Below, piece by piece: positions 1 through 8,678 of a stretch of 64,000 nucleotides of DNA. The notes beneath the pieces were generated by a model. That model searched no databases, was not told where the DNA came from, and saw only the letters and a program-made list of their open reading frames with translations. This DNA is from a virus. The translations under genes and the position numbers were made by a program. Location: the IMG/VR virus record IMGVR_UViG_3300047557_002560, positions 4,366 to 68,365 of that record; one strand, written 5' to 3'. Each line of letters opens with the position of its first letter. Position 1 is the first letter of the stretch.

Positions 1-67
1 AACTTGGATTCGTTTAATGCGAGAAGCAGAAGAGTCAAGAATAAAGAAAAATAAATTCTTCTAATAC

Positions 68-229
68 ATGAAAACAAAAAAGGTTATGACAAGGTTATCT
101 TTGATGGGTAGATTAAAAAATCTAAACCAAAGACTCTATCTTTTGTATAGAAGACTTTTTTCAAAACGCCAGCCAAAACAAAACCTAAACGAACAAGTAA
201 CAGATCATAACTGGTGGGAGTGGGTATAA
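68..229 (+). CDS. hypothetical 53-aa basic protein (not in ORF track)
   Basis: ATG 68, TAA 227-229; ATGA overlap with upstream partial ORF. Confidence 0.5.
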   Translation: MKTKKVMTRLSLMGRLKNLNQRLYLLYRRLFSKRQPKQNLNEQVTDHNWWEWV

Positions 230-379
230 ACTTATAGGTTGATTGGGGAACGATCGATAAAGTAGGTACTTTATCTTTCAGAGGTGAGAGAAGATCTCAA
301 GAAAAGCCAATCGTAAAAGTAGATGTCCACGCACCCATCTTCTACTTTCCTTAACTTAAAAAACAAAAACAAATATAAA

Positions 380-586
380 ATGAAAAAAGTAGCAATCTTA
401 ATCATCTCTAGTTTTATTCTTGCATCTTGTGCAGGAGCAGATCCAGTTTCAGAAGTATCAGACTCTACAGTAGTCGACAGCGTTGCAGTTGAAGAGGTAG
501 TAGCAGATACTAACACAGCACACATTCCAGTATCTGATCCTGTAGGTAGTGGTGGTGCTGCAACTCACAAGCAGCCAATTAAATAA
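380..586 (+). CDS. small lipoprotein
   Basis: MKKVAILIISSFILASC signal peptide II/lipobox; start moved to ATG 380. Confidence 0.75.
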   Translation: MKKVAILIISSFILASCAGADPVSEVSDSTVVDSVAVEEVVADTNTAHIPVSDPVGSGGAATHKQPIK

Positions 587-595
587 GTTATTTAA

Positions 596-756
596 TGTTG
601 AGTGGTGAAAAGGGGTAGCTACCGTGGCAAACACACCCACTCGTCTCGTGGGCGCTGAAAAACGAGATAGGTATTTAGATATGGGTTGACCACAAAGCCG
701 GCTTATTTTGTCAAATACTGAATCGCAGCTTGGAGGTTCGAATCCTCCCTCAACAG
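596..756 (+). tRNA. atypical tRNA-like RNA (GTC/Asp-like anticodon arm, 79-nt variable arm, 24-nt D-loop)
   Basis: acceptor TGTTGAG 596-602/CTCAACA 749-755, G73 at 756; T arm GGAGG-TTCGAAT-CCTCC 732-748; arm CCCAC-TCGTCTC-GTGGG 636-652; D stem GTG/CAC. Confidence 0.7.
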
Positions 757-765
757 CAAAAGAAA

Positions 766-786
766 AAGGTCGGCACAGCCGACCTT
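766..786. terminator. bidirectional intrinsic terminator
   Basis: AAGGTCGGC-ACA-GCCGACCTT hairpin with upstream A-run (U-run on minus) between convergent units. Confidence 0.75.
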
Positions 787-808
787 CCCTTTAACAGTGT
801 TTTGAGTA

Positions 809-970
809 TTACTTCTTCTTAGAAATAACAGACCAAACACCTCCAACAACGGTTAGGATACCACCGATGATTTCTTCAGTTAAACTAGATTCTGCTAAAC
901 CTTTAGCAACAATAATACCACCTACAAAGGTGAGAACGTGTCTGATAAGACCTAAAATTTTGTCATTCAT
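809..970 (-). CDS. 53-aa two-TM holin-like membrane protein (not in ORF track)
   Basis: MNDKILGLIRHVLTFVGGIIVAKGLAESSLTEEIIGGILTVVGGVWSVISKKK; two hydrophobic helices, basic C-tail. Confidence 0.75.
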   Translation of the reverse strand: MNDKILGLIRHVLTFVGGIIVAKGLAESSLTEEIIGGILTVVGGVWSVISKKK

Positions 971-1010
971 AGTAATGAATTTAAGTTAACAATATGCACC
1001 TTAGTGCACT

Positions 1011-1020
1011 AATAAATAGT
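1011..1020 (-). promoter_or_regulatory. candidate late promoter (ACTATTTATT on minus strand)
   Basis: same motif as + strand sites, flipped with the minus-strand gene 809-970. Confidence 0.55.
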
Positions 1021-1089
1021 TTTGAAATTCTGCAAAATGGTTTTGGTAGATTGTAATAAATTTCTTAAGGTTAATTAAAATACATAATA

Positions 1090-1317
1090 ATGGCACAACA
1101 GAATTTAAACATTAACGTTTCCCTAGAACAGACAACTCCCATTGTTTGCGAAGAGTGCGAGTCTGAAACTTTTACACAGGTTGTCTTTTTGAGAAAGGTT
1201 AGTCGCTTTTTTATTGGTACACCACAAGATGGTCTTACTCCGATCCCAAGCTTTGCTTGCAGTAAGTGTGGTCACGTAAATGAAGAATTCCAACCTAAAA
1301 ACCTACAGCAGAATTAG
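1090..1317 (+). CDS. zinc-ribbon protein
   Basis: CEEC...CSKC. Confidence 0.75.
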   Translation: MAQQNLNINVSLEQTTPIVCEECESETFTQVVFLRKVSRFFIGTPQDGLTPIPSFACSKCGHVNEEFQPKNLQQN

Positions 1318-1320
1318 AAT

Positions 1321-1632
1321 ATGAAGTATGTTAAGATAAATAACTTTAATCAAGTTATAGAAGAGATCGAAAGACCTAAGGATGATATTACTTGGGCTGT
1401 TATGAATGATCTTACTTCAAGAGCTAAGAGAGGAGTAGAAAAGTATAACACAACTTTAAACGAAAACAACCATCAGAACATGCTTCAACATGCTTATGAA
1501 GAAGCACTAGACCTTGCTCAGTACTTGAAGAAAGAAGTGACAACTTTAAATACAGTTCAAGATCTAGTTAAGAACAATTCAGATGACACAGAGTTGGGAA
1601 AAAAAATAAGAGAATTATATAGTGGAAGATAA
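1321..1632 (+). CDS. conserved phage protein, possibly MazG-like dNTP pyrophosphatase fold
   Basis: RGVEKYNTTL...LQHAYEEALDLAQYL helical acidic motif. Confidence 0.5.
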   Translation: MKYVKINNFNQVIEEIERPKDDITWAVMNDLTSRAKRGVEKYNTTLNENNHQNMLQHAYEEALDLAQYLKKEVTTLNTVQDLVKNNSDDTELGKKIRELYSGR

Positions 1633-2485
1633 ACACGTTTCGTTTTCGCAGTATTCAATATACAAAACTTGTCCTCATCAATGGTATTTGTCTTATGTGA
1701 AGGGACTTCAAACATACAGACCTTCAGTGCATACTGTATTCGGTACAGCTTTTCACGAGACAGTACAGAACTACCTACAGGTTATGTACGACTCCTCAGC
1801 TACAGAAGCTGACAAGATACATCTAGCTACTTACTTCAAATCTAAATTCATATCTCTTTACGAAGAGAGTTCAAAAGAAGGTCACTTCTCAACACCTGAA
1901 GAACTTACTGAGTTTTTTCAAGATGCTGAAGCCATCCTTGAGTTCTTTAAGAAGAAGAGAAATCTATTCTTTAGTAAGAAGAATACAGAGCTTATTGGTA
2001 TTGAGGTTCCTATACTAGCTCCTGTTGTTGAAGGAGTTAATAATGTTAACTTGAAAGGGTTTATAGATTTAGTAATCTATAACAAAACTGTAGACAAGTA
2101 TACAATATACGACATCAAGACTTCTACAAGAGGCTGGTCAGAATATGAGAAAAAAGATCAAACCAAGATCAACCAGATACTCTTTTACAAGAAGATGTTT
2201 TCTAAACTCAAGAATGTACCAGAAGAAAAGATTGATGTACAATTCTTTATAGTTAGGAGAAAGGTAAATGAAAACTTAGAATATCCTCCAAGCAGAATAC
2301 AAGAGTTCATACCAGCTCATGGTACAAGAAAACTCAACGAAGCTTTTGAGGATTTACAAAACTTTGTTAAGGATGGTTTTACTGCTGATGGCAACTACCA
2401 AGATAAGACATATCCAAAGAATCCAAGCAAGTGTAGATTCTGTCCTTACAATAATAATCCGGACCTCTGCGATAGAAAAGTTTAA
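1622..2485 (+). CDS. PD-(D/E)XK RecB/Cas4-like exonuclease with probable Fe-S cluster
   Basis: FGTAFHE, E-x-(n)-GFIDLV, DIKT; 1+3 Cys (TCP...CRFC...C). Confidence 0.85.
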   Translation: MEDKHVSFSQYSIYKTCPHQWYLSYVKGLQTYRPSVHTVFGTAFHETVQNYLQVMYDSSATEADKIHLATYFKSKFISLYEESSKEGHFSTPEELTEFFQDAEAILEFFKKKRNLFFSKKNTELIGIEVPILAPVVEGVNNVNLKGFIDLVIYNKTVDKYTIYDIKTSTRGWSEYEKKDQTKINQILFYKKMFSKLKNVPEEKIDVQFFIVRRKVNENLEYPPSRIQEFIPAHGTRKLNEAFEDLQNFVKDGFTADGNYQDKTYPKNPSKCRFCPYNNNPDLCDRKV

Positions 2486-2513
2486 AAAATATATACTTCT
2501 GTATATACTTTGT

Positions 2514-2523
2514 GCTATTTATT
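2514..2523 (+). promoter_or_regulatory. candidate late promoter heading the glycosylation island
   Basis: GCTATTTATT, 10 nt before ATG 2534. Confidence 0.5.
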
Positions 2524-2533
2524 ATAAAATAAT

Positions 2534-2746
2534 ATGCACATTGGAAAGAAAGGAGATATTTTAACAACAGTTAGACTCCAAGATAAACTATTTGAAGACT
2601 TCAAAGCTGAAGCTATTAGAAATAAAATAACAATGAGAAATCTATTAGAAAGAGCAATGTATCTCTATATGACAGATGAATCATTTAAGCGCTTGATAAA
2701 TAATCAACTTAACGTAAGTTATACTAGTAGTTCTGAAAACAAATAA
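2534..2746 (+). CDS. ribbon-helix-helix-like small DNA-binding protein
   Basis: TTVRLQDKLFEDFKAEA...MRNLLERAM pattern. Confidence 0.55.
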   Translation: MHIGKKGDILTTVRLQDKLFEDFKAEAIRNKITMRNLLERAMYLYMTDESFKRLINNQLNVSYTSSSENK

Positions 2747-2751
2747 AATAA

Positions 2752-4203
2752 ATGAAAGACGGTTACATTCCTAAAGACAGAAGAAAGAAGATTCTTTTTT
2801 TATGTGATGATATTAGATTTACTTCTGGTATCTCGACTATGGCTAAAGAGATTGTTATAGGAACATCTCACAGATTCAATTGGATTAATTTAGGTGCAGC
2901 AATCAACCACCCAGAGATGGGTAAGAAGTTAGATGTATCCCAAGATACAAATAACATAGCAGGCATAACTGACTCTCATGTGTTCATCTATCCTGTATCA
3001 GGGTATGGATCTCAAGAGCTAGTAAGACAAATTATCTCACTTGAAAAGCCTGACGCCATAATGTTCTTCACTGATCCAAGGTATTGGATTTGGTTATTCC
3101 AAATGGAGAATGAAATTAGAAAGACCATTCCAATGATCTATCTAAACATATGGGACGACTTACCAGCTCCTATCTATAATAAATCATACTACGAGTCATG
3201 TGATACTTTAATGGCTATCTCTAAACAAACTGAGAACATTAACAGGTTGGTACTTGGTGAGAAAGCTAAGGATAAGATTATCAAGTATGTGCCTCATGGT
3301 ATCAACGATAGTATGTTCTATCCAATCACAGAAGACAAGAAGGAAGACTTTACCAAGCTTCAAGATATGAGAAAGAAGTATTTTGGAGATAACCAACCTG
3401 AGTTTGTTATTACTTACAATGCAAGAAACATTAGAAGAAAGTGTACTTCTGATATTATAGCAGCGTATGCTTTGTTCTGTGATAGTATTGGTAAGGAGAA
3501 AGCGAAGAAGTGCGCACTCCTATTACATACTCAAATGGTAGATGAAAACGGAACTGATCTTCCAGCAGTATCTGAACTACTCTGCAACCCTGAGTATCAA
3601 AGAGTAGTATTCTCAGACTACAGATATTCAACACCAGAAATGAATCTAATGTACAACTGTGGTGATGTGATTATTTTAACATCCTCTAATGAGGGATGGG
3701 GATTATCTCTAACAGAAGGTATGATGTGTGGTAAACCTGTTATTGGAAATGTATCAGGTGGTATGCAAGATCAACTGAGATTTGAAGATGAGAACGGAGA
3801 GTGGATTAAGTTCAGTGAGAAGTTTCCTTCCAATCACTTTGGTACTTACAAGAAACATGGTAAGTGGGCATTCCCAATCTATCCTAGCAACATGAGTATT
3901 GTTGGATCTATTCCCACACCTTACATCTGGGATGATAGAGCAGACTTCAGAGACATTGCTAAGCAGATGGAAAAGGTTTACGATATCAAAGTCAACAAAC
4001 CAGAGGAATACAAAGAAATAAGTAAGGCTGCAAGAGAGTGGGTCACTTCAGACGAGTCTATGATGTCAGCAAGAATAATGTGTAACAATGTTATTGATAC
4101 TATCGAAGAGACATTTGAAAAATGGAAACCTAGAAAGAAGTACGAATTTATAAAAATTGAACCTGCTAAAAGAAAATCAATACTGCATCCCATTGTTTAT
4201 TAA
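2752..4203 (+). CDS. GT-B glycosyltransferase (GT4-like)
   Basis: YVPHGI, RNIRRK, SSNEGWGLSLTEGMMCGKPVI. Confidence 0.9.
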   Translation: MKDGYIPKDRRKKILFLCDDIRFTSGISTMAKEIVIGTSHRFNWINLGAAINHPEMGKKLDVSQDTNNIAGITDSHVFIYPVSGYGSQELVRQIISLEKPDAIMFFTDPRYWIWLFQMENEIRKTIPMIYLNIWDDLPAPIYNKSYYESCDTLMAISKQTENINRLVLGEKAKDKIIKYVPHGINDSMFYPITEDKKEDFTKLQDMRKKYFGDNQPEFVITYNARNIRRKCTSDIIAAYALFCDSIGKEKAKKCALLLHTQMVDENGTDLPAVSELLCNPEYQRVVFSDYRYSTPEMNLMYNCGDVIILTSSNEGWGLSLTEGMMCGKPVIGNVSGGMQDQLRFEDENGEWIKFSEKFPSNHFGTYKKHGKWAFPIYPSNMSIVGSIPTPYIWDDRADFRDIAKQMEKVYDIKVNKPEEYKEISKAAREWVTSDESMMSARIMCNNVIDTIEETFEKWKPRKKYEFIKIEPAKRKSILHPIVY

Positions 4204-4225
4204 AAAGAATTAAGTATATTACATT

Positions 4226-5515
4226 ATGAAACAGTTGTGTGTTATAAGTGCTCCTCCAGATACGTTTTCAGGATATGGTGCAAGGTCTAGAGATTTCATT
4301 AAAGCTTTATATGAACTAAAAAAAGATGAATGGGAATTCAAAATCATACCACAGAGATGGGGTGCGACTCCTTGGGGCTTTTTAGAAGAGTATAAACAAG
4401 AGTGGGGATGGATGAAAGAGTTTTTTGTATATGATGGAAGACTTACTCAACAACCTGATATCTGGTTTCAAATTACTATCCCAAATGAATTCCAACCTGT
4501 AGGTAAAGTAAACATTGGAGTTACTGCTGGTATTGAAACCACAGTATGTGATCCTTCTTGGATTGATGGTTGTAATAGAATGGATGTAACTCTTGTATCT
4601 TCTGTACATGCGAAAACTGTTTTACATGCAAGTACCTTTGAAGAGAAACATAAAACCAATAATACAGTAAGACAGATAAAATTAGAAAAGCCTGTAGAAG
4701 TTATATTTGAAGGTGTTGATTTAAATAAGTACTTCTTCATTCCAAAAGAAGAATTACCAAGGATAGAACTTGTCAAGGATCTAGATTCTATTAAAGAGTC
4801 CTTTTGTTTCCTGCATGTAGGCCACTGGCTACAAGGTGAACTTGGGGAAGATAGAAAGAACACAGGATTGATGTTGAAGTTATTTTTAGAAACGTTCAAA
4901 GACAAAAAAAATCCTCCAGCCTTTGTTATTAAGACTTCTCACGCAGGAGCAAGTATTATGGATCGTGATGAAGTGTTAAAGAAGATAGATATAATTAGAA
5001 ATAGTATTGGTTCCAAAAACTTACCTAACATTTATTTAATTCATGGTGACATTGATGATAGTGATGTAAACGTTTTGTATAATCATCCTAAGGTTAAAGC
5101 ATTTGTTTCTTTTACTAAGGGTGAAGGATATGGTAGACCACTTGCTGAGTTCTGTCTTTCAAAAAAACCAGTTATAGCATCAGGATGGTCAGGTCACGTA
5201 GACTTTTTAAATCCTGAGTATTCAATTCTACTTCCTGGTAAGTTGACTCAAGTACATCCTAGCTGTGTAGTACAGAACATAATTCTAAAGGAAGCTTCTT
5301 GGTTCTCAGTAGATCCAGGTGCTGCTAGTAAAGCAATGCAGGACGTTTATGAAAACTATGAGAAGTATGAAGTGATGGGTAAGAGACAAGGTCATAAGAT
5401 CAAAACAGAATTTAGTTATGATAATATGGTATTGTTGTTAGGAACTTACTTAGATAGGTATACTCTTAAGAAAGTTGAAATCAAGTTACCACAACTCAAA
5501 AAGATATCTCAATGA
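4226..5515 (+). CDS. GT-B glycosyltransferase (GT4-like)
   Basis: SGYG, RKN, TKGEGYGRPLAEFCLSKKPVIASGWSGH. Confidence 0.9.
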   Translation: MKQLCVISAPPDTFSGYGARSRDFIKALYELKKDEWEFKIIPQRWGATPWGFLEEYKQEWGWMKEFFVYDGRLTQQPDIWFQITIPNEFQPVGKVNIGVTAGIETTVCDPSWIDGCNRMDVTLVSSVHAKTVLHASTFEEKHKTNNTVRQIKLEKPVEVIFEGVDLNKYFFIPKEELPRIELVKDLDSIKESFCFLHVGHWLQGELGEDRKNTGLMLKLFLETFKDKKNPPAFVIKTSHAGASIMDRDEVLKKIDIIRNSIGSKNLPNIYLIHGDIDDSDVNVLYNHPKVKAFVSFTKGEGYGRPLAEFCLSKKPVIASGWSGHVDFLNPEYSILLPGKLTQVHPSCVVQNIILKEASWFSVDPGAASKAMQDVYENYEKYEVMGKRQGHKIKTEFSYDNMVLLLGTYLDRYTLKKVEIKLPQLKKISQ

Positions 5516-5754
5516 CATCAGAACAGTTTGTAATATGGTTAAAAGGTTTTACAGAAGCTTGTAATGACTTTACTGCTACACCTGAACAATGGGATAGAAT
5601 CAAAGAAGAATTAGGGAATGTGAATGATAATAGATCTGTATCTATTGGAGTAGGTGCAACTGGAGTTTTGAATATTACTGGGAGGACAGACGTTACATCT
5701 TTACCAAAGGGAACAAATATTACTTACACAACTAAACAACAACTCAATGACTGA
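5512..5754 (+). CDS. hypothetical phage protein
   Basis: coupled ATGA overlap; MTSEQFVIWLKGF start. Confidence 0.7.
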   Translation: MTSEQFVIWLKGFTEACNDFTATPEQWDRIKEELGNVNDNRSVSIGVGATGVLNITGRTDVTSLPKGTNITYTTKQQLND

Positions 5755-6187
5755 TAAATTATCTATATGTCCTAAGTGTGGATGCGATGGTTGTTACGTA
5801 ACTCCAATCAACGAAACTAAGAGCAATTACTTTTGTTGGGGATGTGGGTTTCAAACAAATGATCTAATGAAAGAAGGAGAGTTTGACTTTGAAGGTTATG
5901 AAGAAAGTCTACCAGAACTATACAAGGATGTAAAGTACAAAGACGAAGAAGGTAGGATATGGTATCCAATTAGTATAAACATTCAAGAGAAGGGTACTGT
6001 ATTCTTAAATGGTAAGTCTAAAGATGAAGTAGTTTGGTCTGCTATCAAGACATCTCTTTTAACAGAGGAAGAAAAGAAACAACCAAAGTATAAGAATCTT
6101 ACTTACAAATCAGATCCAAAATCAATGAAACATTTTGGTAGTGATTTCATTGAAGCATTAGATTATATTGGTATGTTTGATAAATAA
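5747..6187 (+). CDS. Zn-finger protein
   Basis: CPKCG...CWGCG. Confidence 0.7.
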   Translation: MTDKLSICPKCGCDGCYVTPINETKSNYFCWGCGFQTNDLMKEGEFDFEGYEESLPELYKDVKYKDEEGRIWYPISINIQEKGTVFLNGKSKDEVVWSAIKTSLLTEEEKKQPKYKNLTYKSDPKSMKHFGSDFIEALDYIGMFDK

Positions 6188-6190
6188 GTT

Positions 6191-6814
6191 ATGCTACAAA
6201 TAAGTTTTGCTATTCCCGTATGCAATGAGCATAGAGAGTTAGATAGATTGCTAACTCAATTAGTTACTCACAAAAGAGACAATACAGAGATAGTTGTACA
6301 ATGTGATGAAGGAAATACAACACCTGAAGTCTTTCAAGTACTTGATAAGTTTGTTAATAAAGTTAATGTCATTCAGTTTCCACTTAAAGGAAACTTCGCT
6401 CAGTTTAAAAATAATTTAAAGAAACATTGCAAAGGTGCTTGGATCTTTCAGATAGATGCAGATGAATATCTCCACGAAGACTTTTTAATTAACTTACCAG
6501 TTATCCTTCAAGAGAATCCTCAAGTAGAACTTTTCTTATTACCTAGAATCAATACGGTAGAAGGTCTTACAGAAGAACATATAAAGAGATGGGGATGGAA
6601 TGTAAACGAAAAAGGTTGGGTTAACTTTCCAGACTACCAAACAAGGATCCTTCAAAACTCTCATAAGATTGGTTGGGCAAGTAAAGTGCATGAAGTCATT
6701 ACAGGACATTCAAACTATACATTCTTTCCAGCTGAAGAGTTGTATTGTTTAATACATCCAAAGACAATACATAGACAAGAACAACAAAATACTTTTTATA
6801 ATAATCTACGATGA
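6191..6814 (+). CDS. GT-A glycosyltransferase (GT2-like)
   Basis: ISFAIPVCNE, WIFQIDADE (DxD), VHE. Confidence 0.9.
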   Translation: MLQISFAIPVCNEHRELDRLLTQLVTHKRDNTEIVVQCDEGNTTPEVFQVLDKFVNKVNVIQFPLKGNFAQFKNNLKKHCKGAWIFQIDADEYLHEDFLINLPVILQENPQVELFLLPRINTVEGLTEEHIKRWGWNVNEKGWVNFPDYQTRILQNSHKIGWASKVHEVITGHSNYTFFPAEELYCLIHPKTIHRQEQQNTFYNNLR

Positions 6815-7785
6815 ATAAGGTTGCTTTGATAACTGGTATAAATGGTCAGGATGGATCTTATTTAGCTGAGCATTTATTAAAACTTGGATATGAAGTTCAT
6901 GGAATTTTAAAAAGAAACTCGGTAGCAGAAAATCAAACATCTAGGCTAGAAAAAATATTTGGTTTAGTTAACTTACACTATGCAGACGTGACTGATATGT
7001 CATCTCTATTTAAAGTAATTAATAAAATAAAACCAAACGAAATATACAACCTCGCAGCTCAATCACACGTGCGTATTTCATTTGACCAACCAATCTATAC
7101 AGCTACGACAACTGGACTAGGTGTATTAAATCTCTTGGAAGCAACTAAGGAAATCAATCCTCATATTAAGATTTACCAAGCATCCTCATCGGAAATGTTT
7201 GGAAACTCAATAGACCCAGACGGCTTCCAAAGAGAGACTACACCAATGAATCCAGTATCTCCTTATGGATGTGCTAAGGTATTTGGATATAACATATCAA
7301 GAAACTATAGACACTCTTATGACATGTTTATATCAAATGGTATTCTATTTAATCACGAATCTCCTAGAAGAGGTACTAACTTTGTAACAAACAAAGTATG
7401 TAAACAAGCAGTCAAGATTAAGTACGGCTATTCAGATAACTTAGTACTTGGTAACCTAGAAGCTTCAAGAGATTGGGGTCATGCTAAAGATTATGTAGAA
7501 GCCATGCACATGATACTTCAGTTAGATGAACCTGGAGATTTTGTATGTGCAACAGGAATATCGCACACAGTAAGAGAGCTTTGTAAATATGCATTTAAGG
7601 AAGTTGGATTAAATTATTTGGATCATGTAACTACCCACGAAAAGTTTCTTAGACCTGAGGAATTAGAATTTTTAAAAGGTGATCCAACTAAACTTCAAGA
7701 AGCTACTGGTTGGAAACCTAAATATAGTTTTGAAAGTATGATTACTGAAATGATTGAGTATTGGGACGAAATTTATAGAAGATGA
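6811..7785 (+). CDS. gmd: GDP-mannose 4,6-dehydratase
   Basis: ALITGINGQDGSYLAE, NLAAQSHV, QASSSEMFG, SPYGCAK, LFNHESPRRG, RDWGHAKDY. Confidence 0.97.
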   Translation: MNKVALITGINGQDGSYLAEHLLKLGYEVHGILKRNSVAENQTSRLEKIFGLVNLHYADVTDMSSLFKVINKIKPNEIYNLAAQSHVRISFDQPIYTATTTGLGVLNLLEATKEINPHIKIYQASSSEMFGNSIDPDGFQRETTPMNPVSPYGCAKVFGYNISRNYRHSYDMFISNGILFNHESPRRGTNFVTNKVCKQAVKIKYGYSDNLVLGNLEASRDWGHAKDYVEAMHMILQLDEPGDFVCATGISHTVRELCKYAFKEVGLNYLDHVTTHEKFLRPEELEFLKGDPTKLQEATGWKPKYSFESMITEMIEYWDEIYRR

Positions 7786-8678
7786 AAATAGTAGTAACAG
7801 GAGGAACAGGATTAGTTGGAAGATACCTACAACAGTATGTTGATGCTGTCTACTTAAGTTCTAAAGATTATGATCTAACTAATGACAAAGAAGTGTACCG
7901 GATGTATGCAGAACATAAACCAGATGTAGTAGTACATCTTGCAGCTAGAGTAGGAGGTATCATTGATAACATATCATATCCATTTGAATACTACGAAGAC
8001 AATCTATTAATGAATACGTACTTAATAAAGTACGCTAGAACGTTTAATGTTAAAAAGTTTGTAGGAGTTTTATCTTCGTGTATCTTTCCTGATATCTCAG
8101 ATCACTATCCAATGCTAGAAGAAGATCTACACAACGGTATGCCAACAGCTACAAATTTTGGATACGGTTATGCAAAAAGAGTAATGGGTGTTCACATAGA
8201 CATAGCCAGAAAACAAGGTTTAAATTTTAACTATATTATTCCTTCAAACTTGTATGGAGAGTATGAGCATGGTGATGTAAGTAAAAAACATTTTGTTGGA
8301 GCTTTACTTGAAAAAATATATCATGCTGAAAAAAACGGAGATGGTTATATAACTTTGTTTGGTGATGGTACACCACTTAGACAATTTACTTTTGCAAAAG
8401 ATGTAGCAGAGATTATAGATCTGGTTGTTAAATATGATATAAAAGAGAATCTAAATGTAACAGTTCCAGAGAATCTTTCAATACATCAAATGGCTCAAAT
8501 GGCTTTAGAAGCTACTAACAACACAAACTTGGAAATCAAATATGATACTTCTAAGCCTAATGGACAGATGCAAAAAGATATTAGTCCAGAAAAACTTTTA
8601 AAGATATTTCCTAATTACAAATTTACTTCTTATATTAAAGGTATACAACAAACTTATAATACATTATATGGACAATAA
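7782..8678 (+). CDS. fcl: GDP-L-fucose synthase (epimerase/reductase)
   Basis: TGGTGLVG, HLAARVGGI, SSCIFP, YGYAKR, PSNLYG, GDGTPLRQF. Confidence 0.9.
   Translation: MKIVVTGGTGLVGRYLQQYVDAVYLSSKDYDLTNDKEVYRMYAEHKPDVVVHLAARVGGIIDNISYPFEYYEDNLLMNTYLIKYARTFNVKKFVGVLSSCIFPDISDHYPMLEEDLHNGMPTATNFGYGYAKRVMGVHIDIARKQGLNFNYIIPSNLYGEYEHGDVSKKHFVGALLEKIYHAEKNGDGYITLFGDGTPLRQFTFAKDVAEIIDLVVKYDIKENLNVTVPENLSIHQMAQMALEATNNTNLEIKYDTSKPNGQMQKDISPEKLLKIFPNYKFTSYIKGIQQTYNTLYGQ

Noticed and set aside
596-756. tmRNA or group I intron-containing tRNA
   Set aside because: An anticodon arm is present, there is no tag ORF or pseudoknots, and the 79-nt insert lies in the variable arm and is far too short for a group I intron.
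1234-1247. Antisense target of sRNA copy 2 inside the Zn-ribbon gene (CTTACTCCGATCCC)
   Set aside because: A 10-bp core plus bulge matches only one of three copies; plausible by chance in 128 kb of two-strand sequence.
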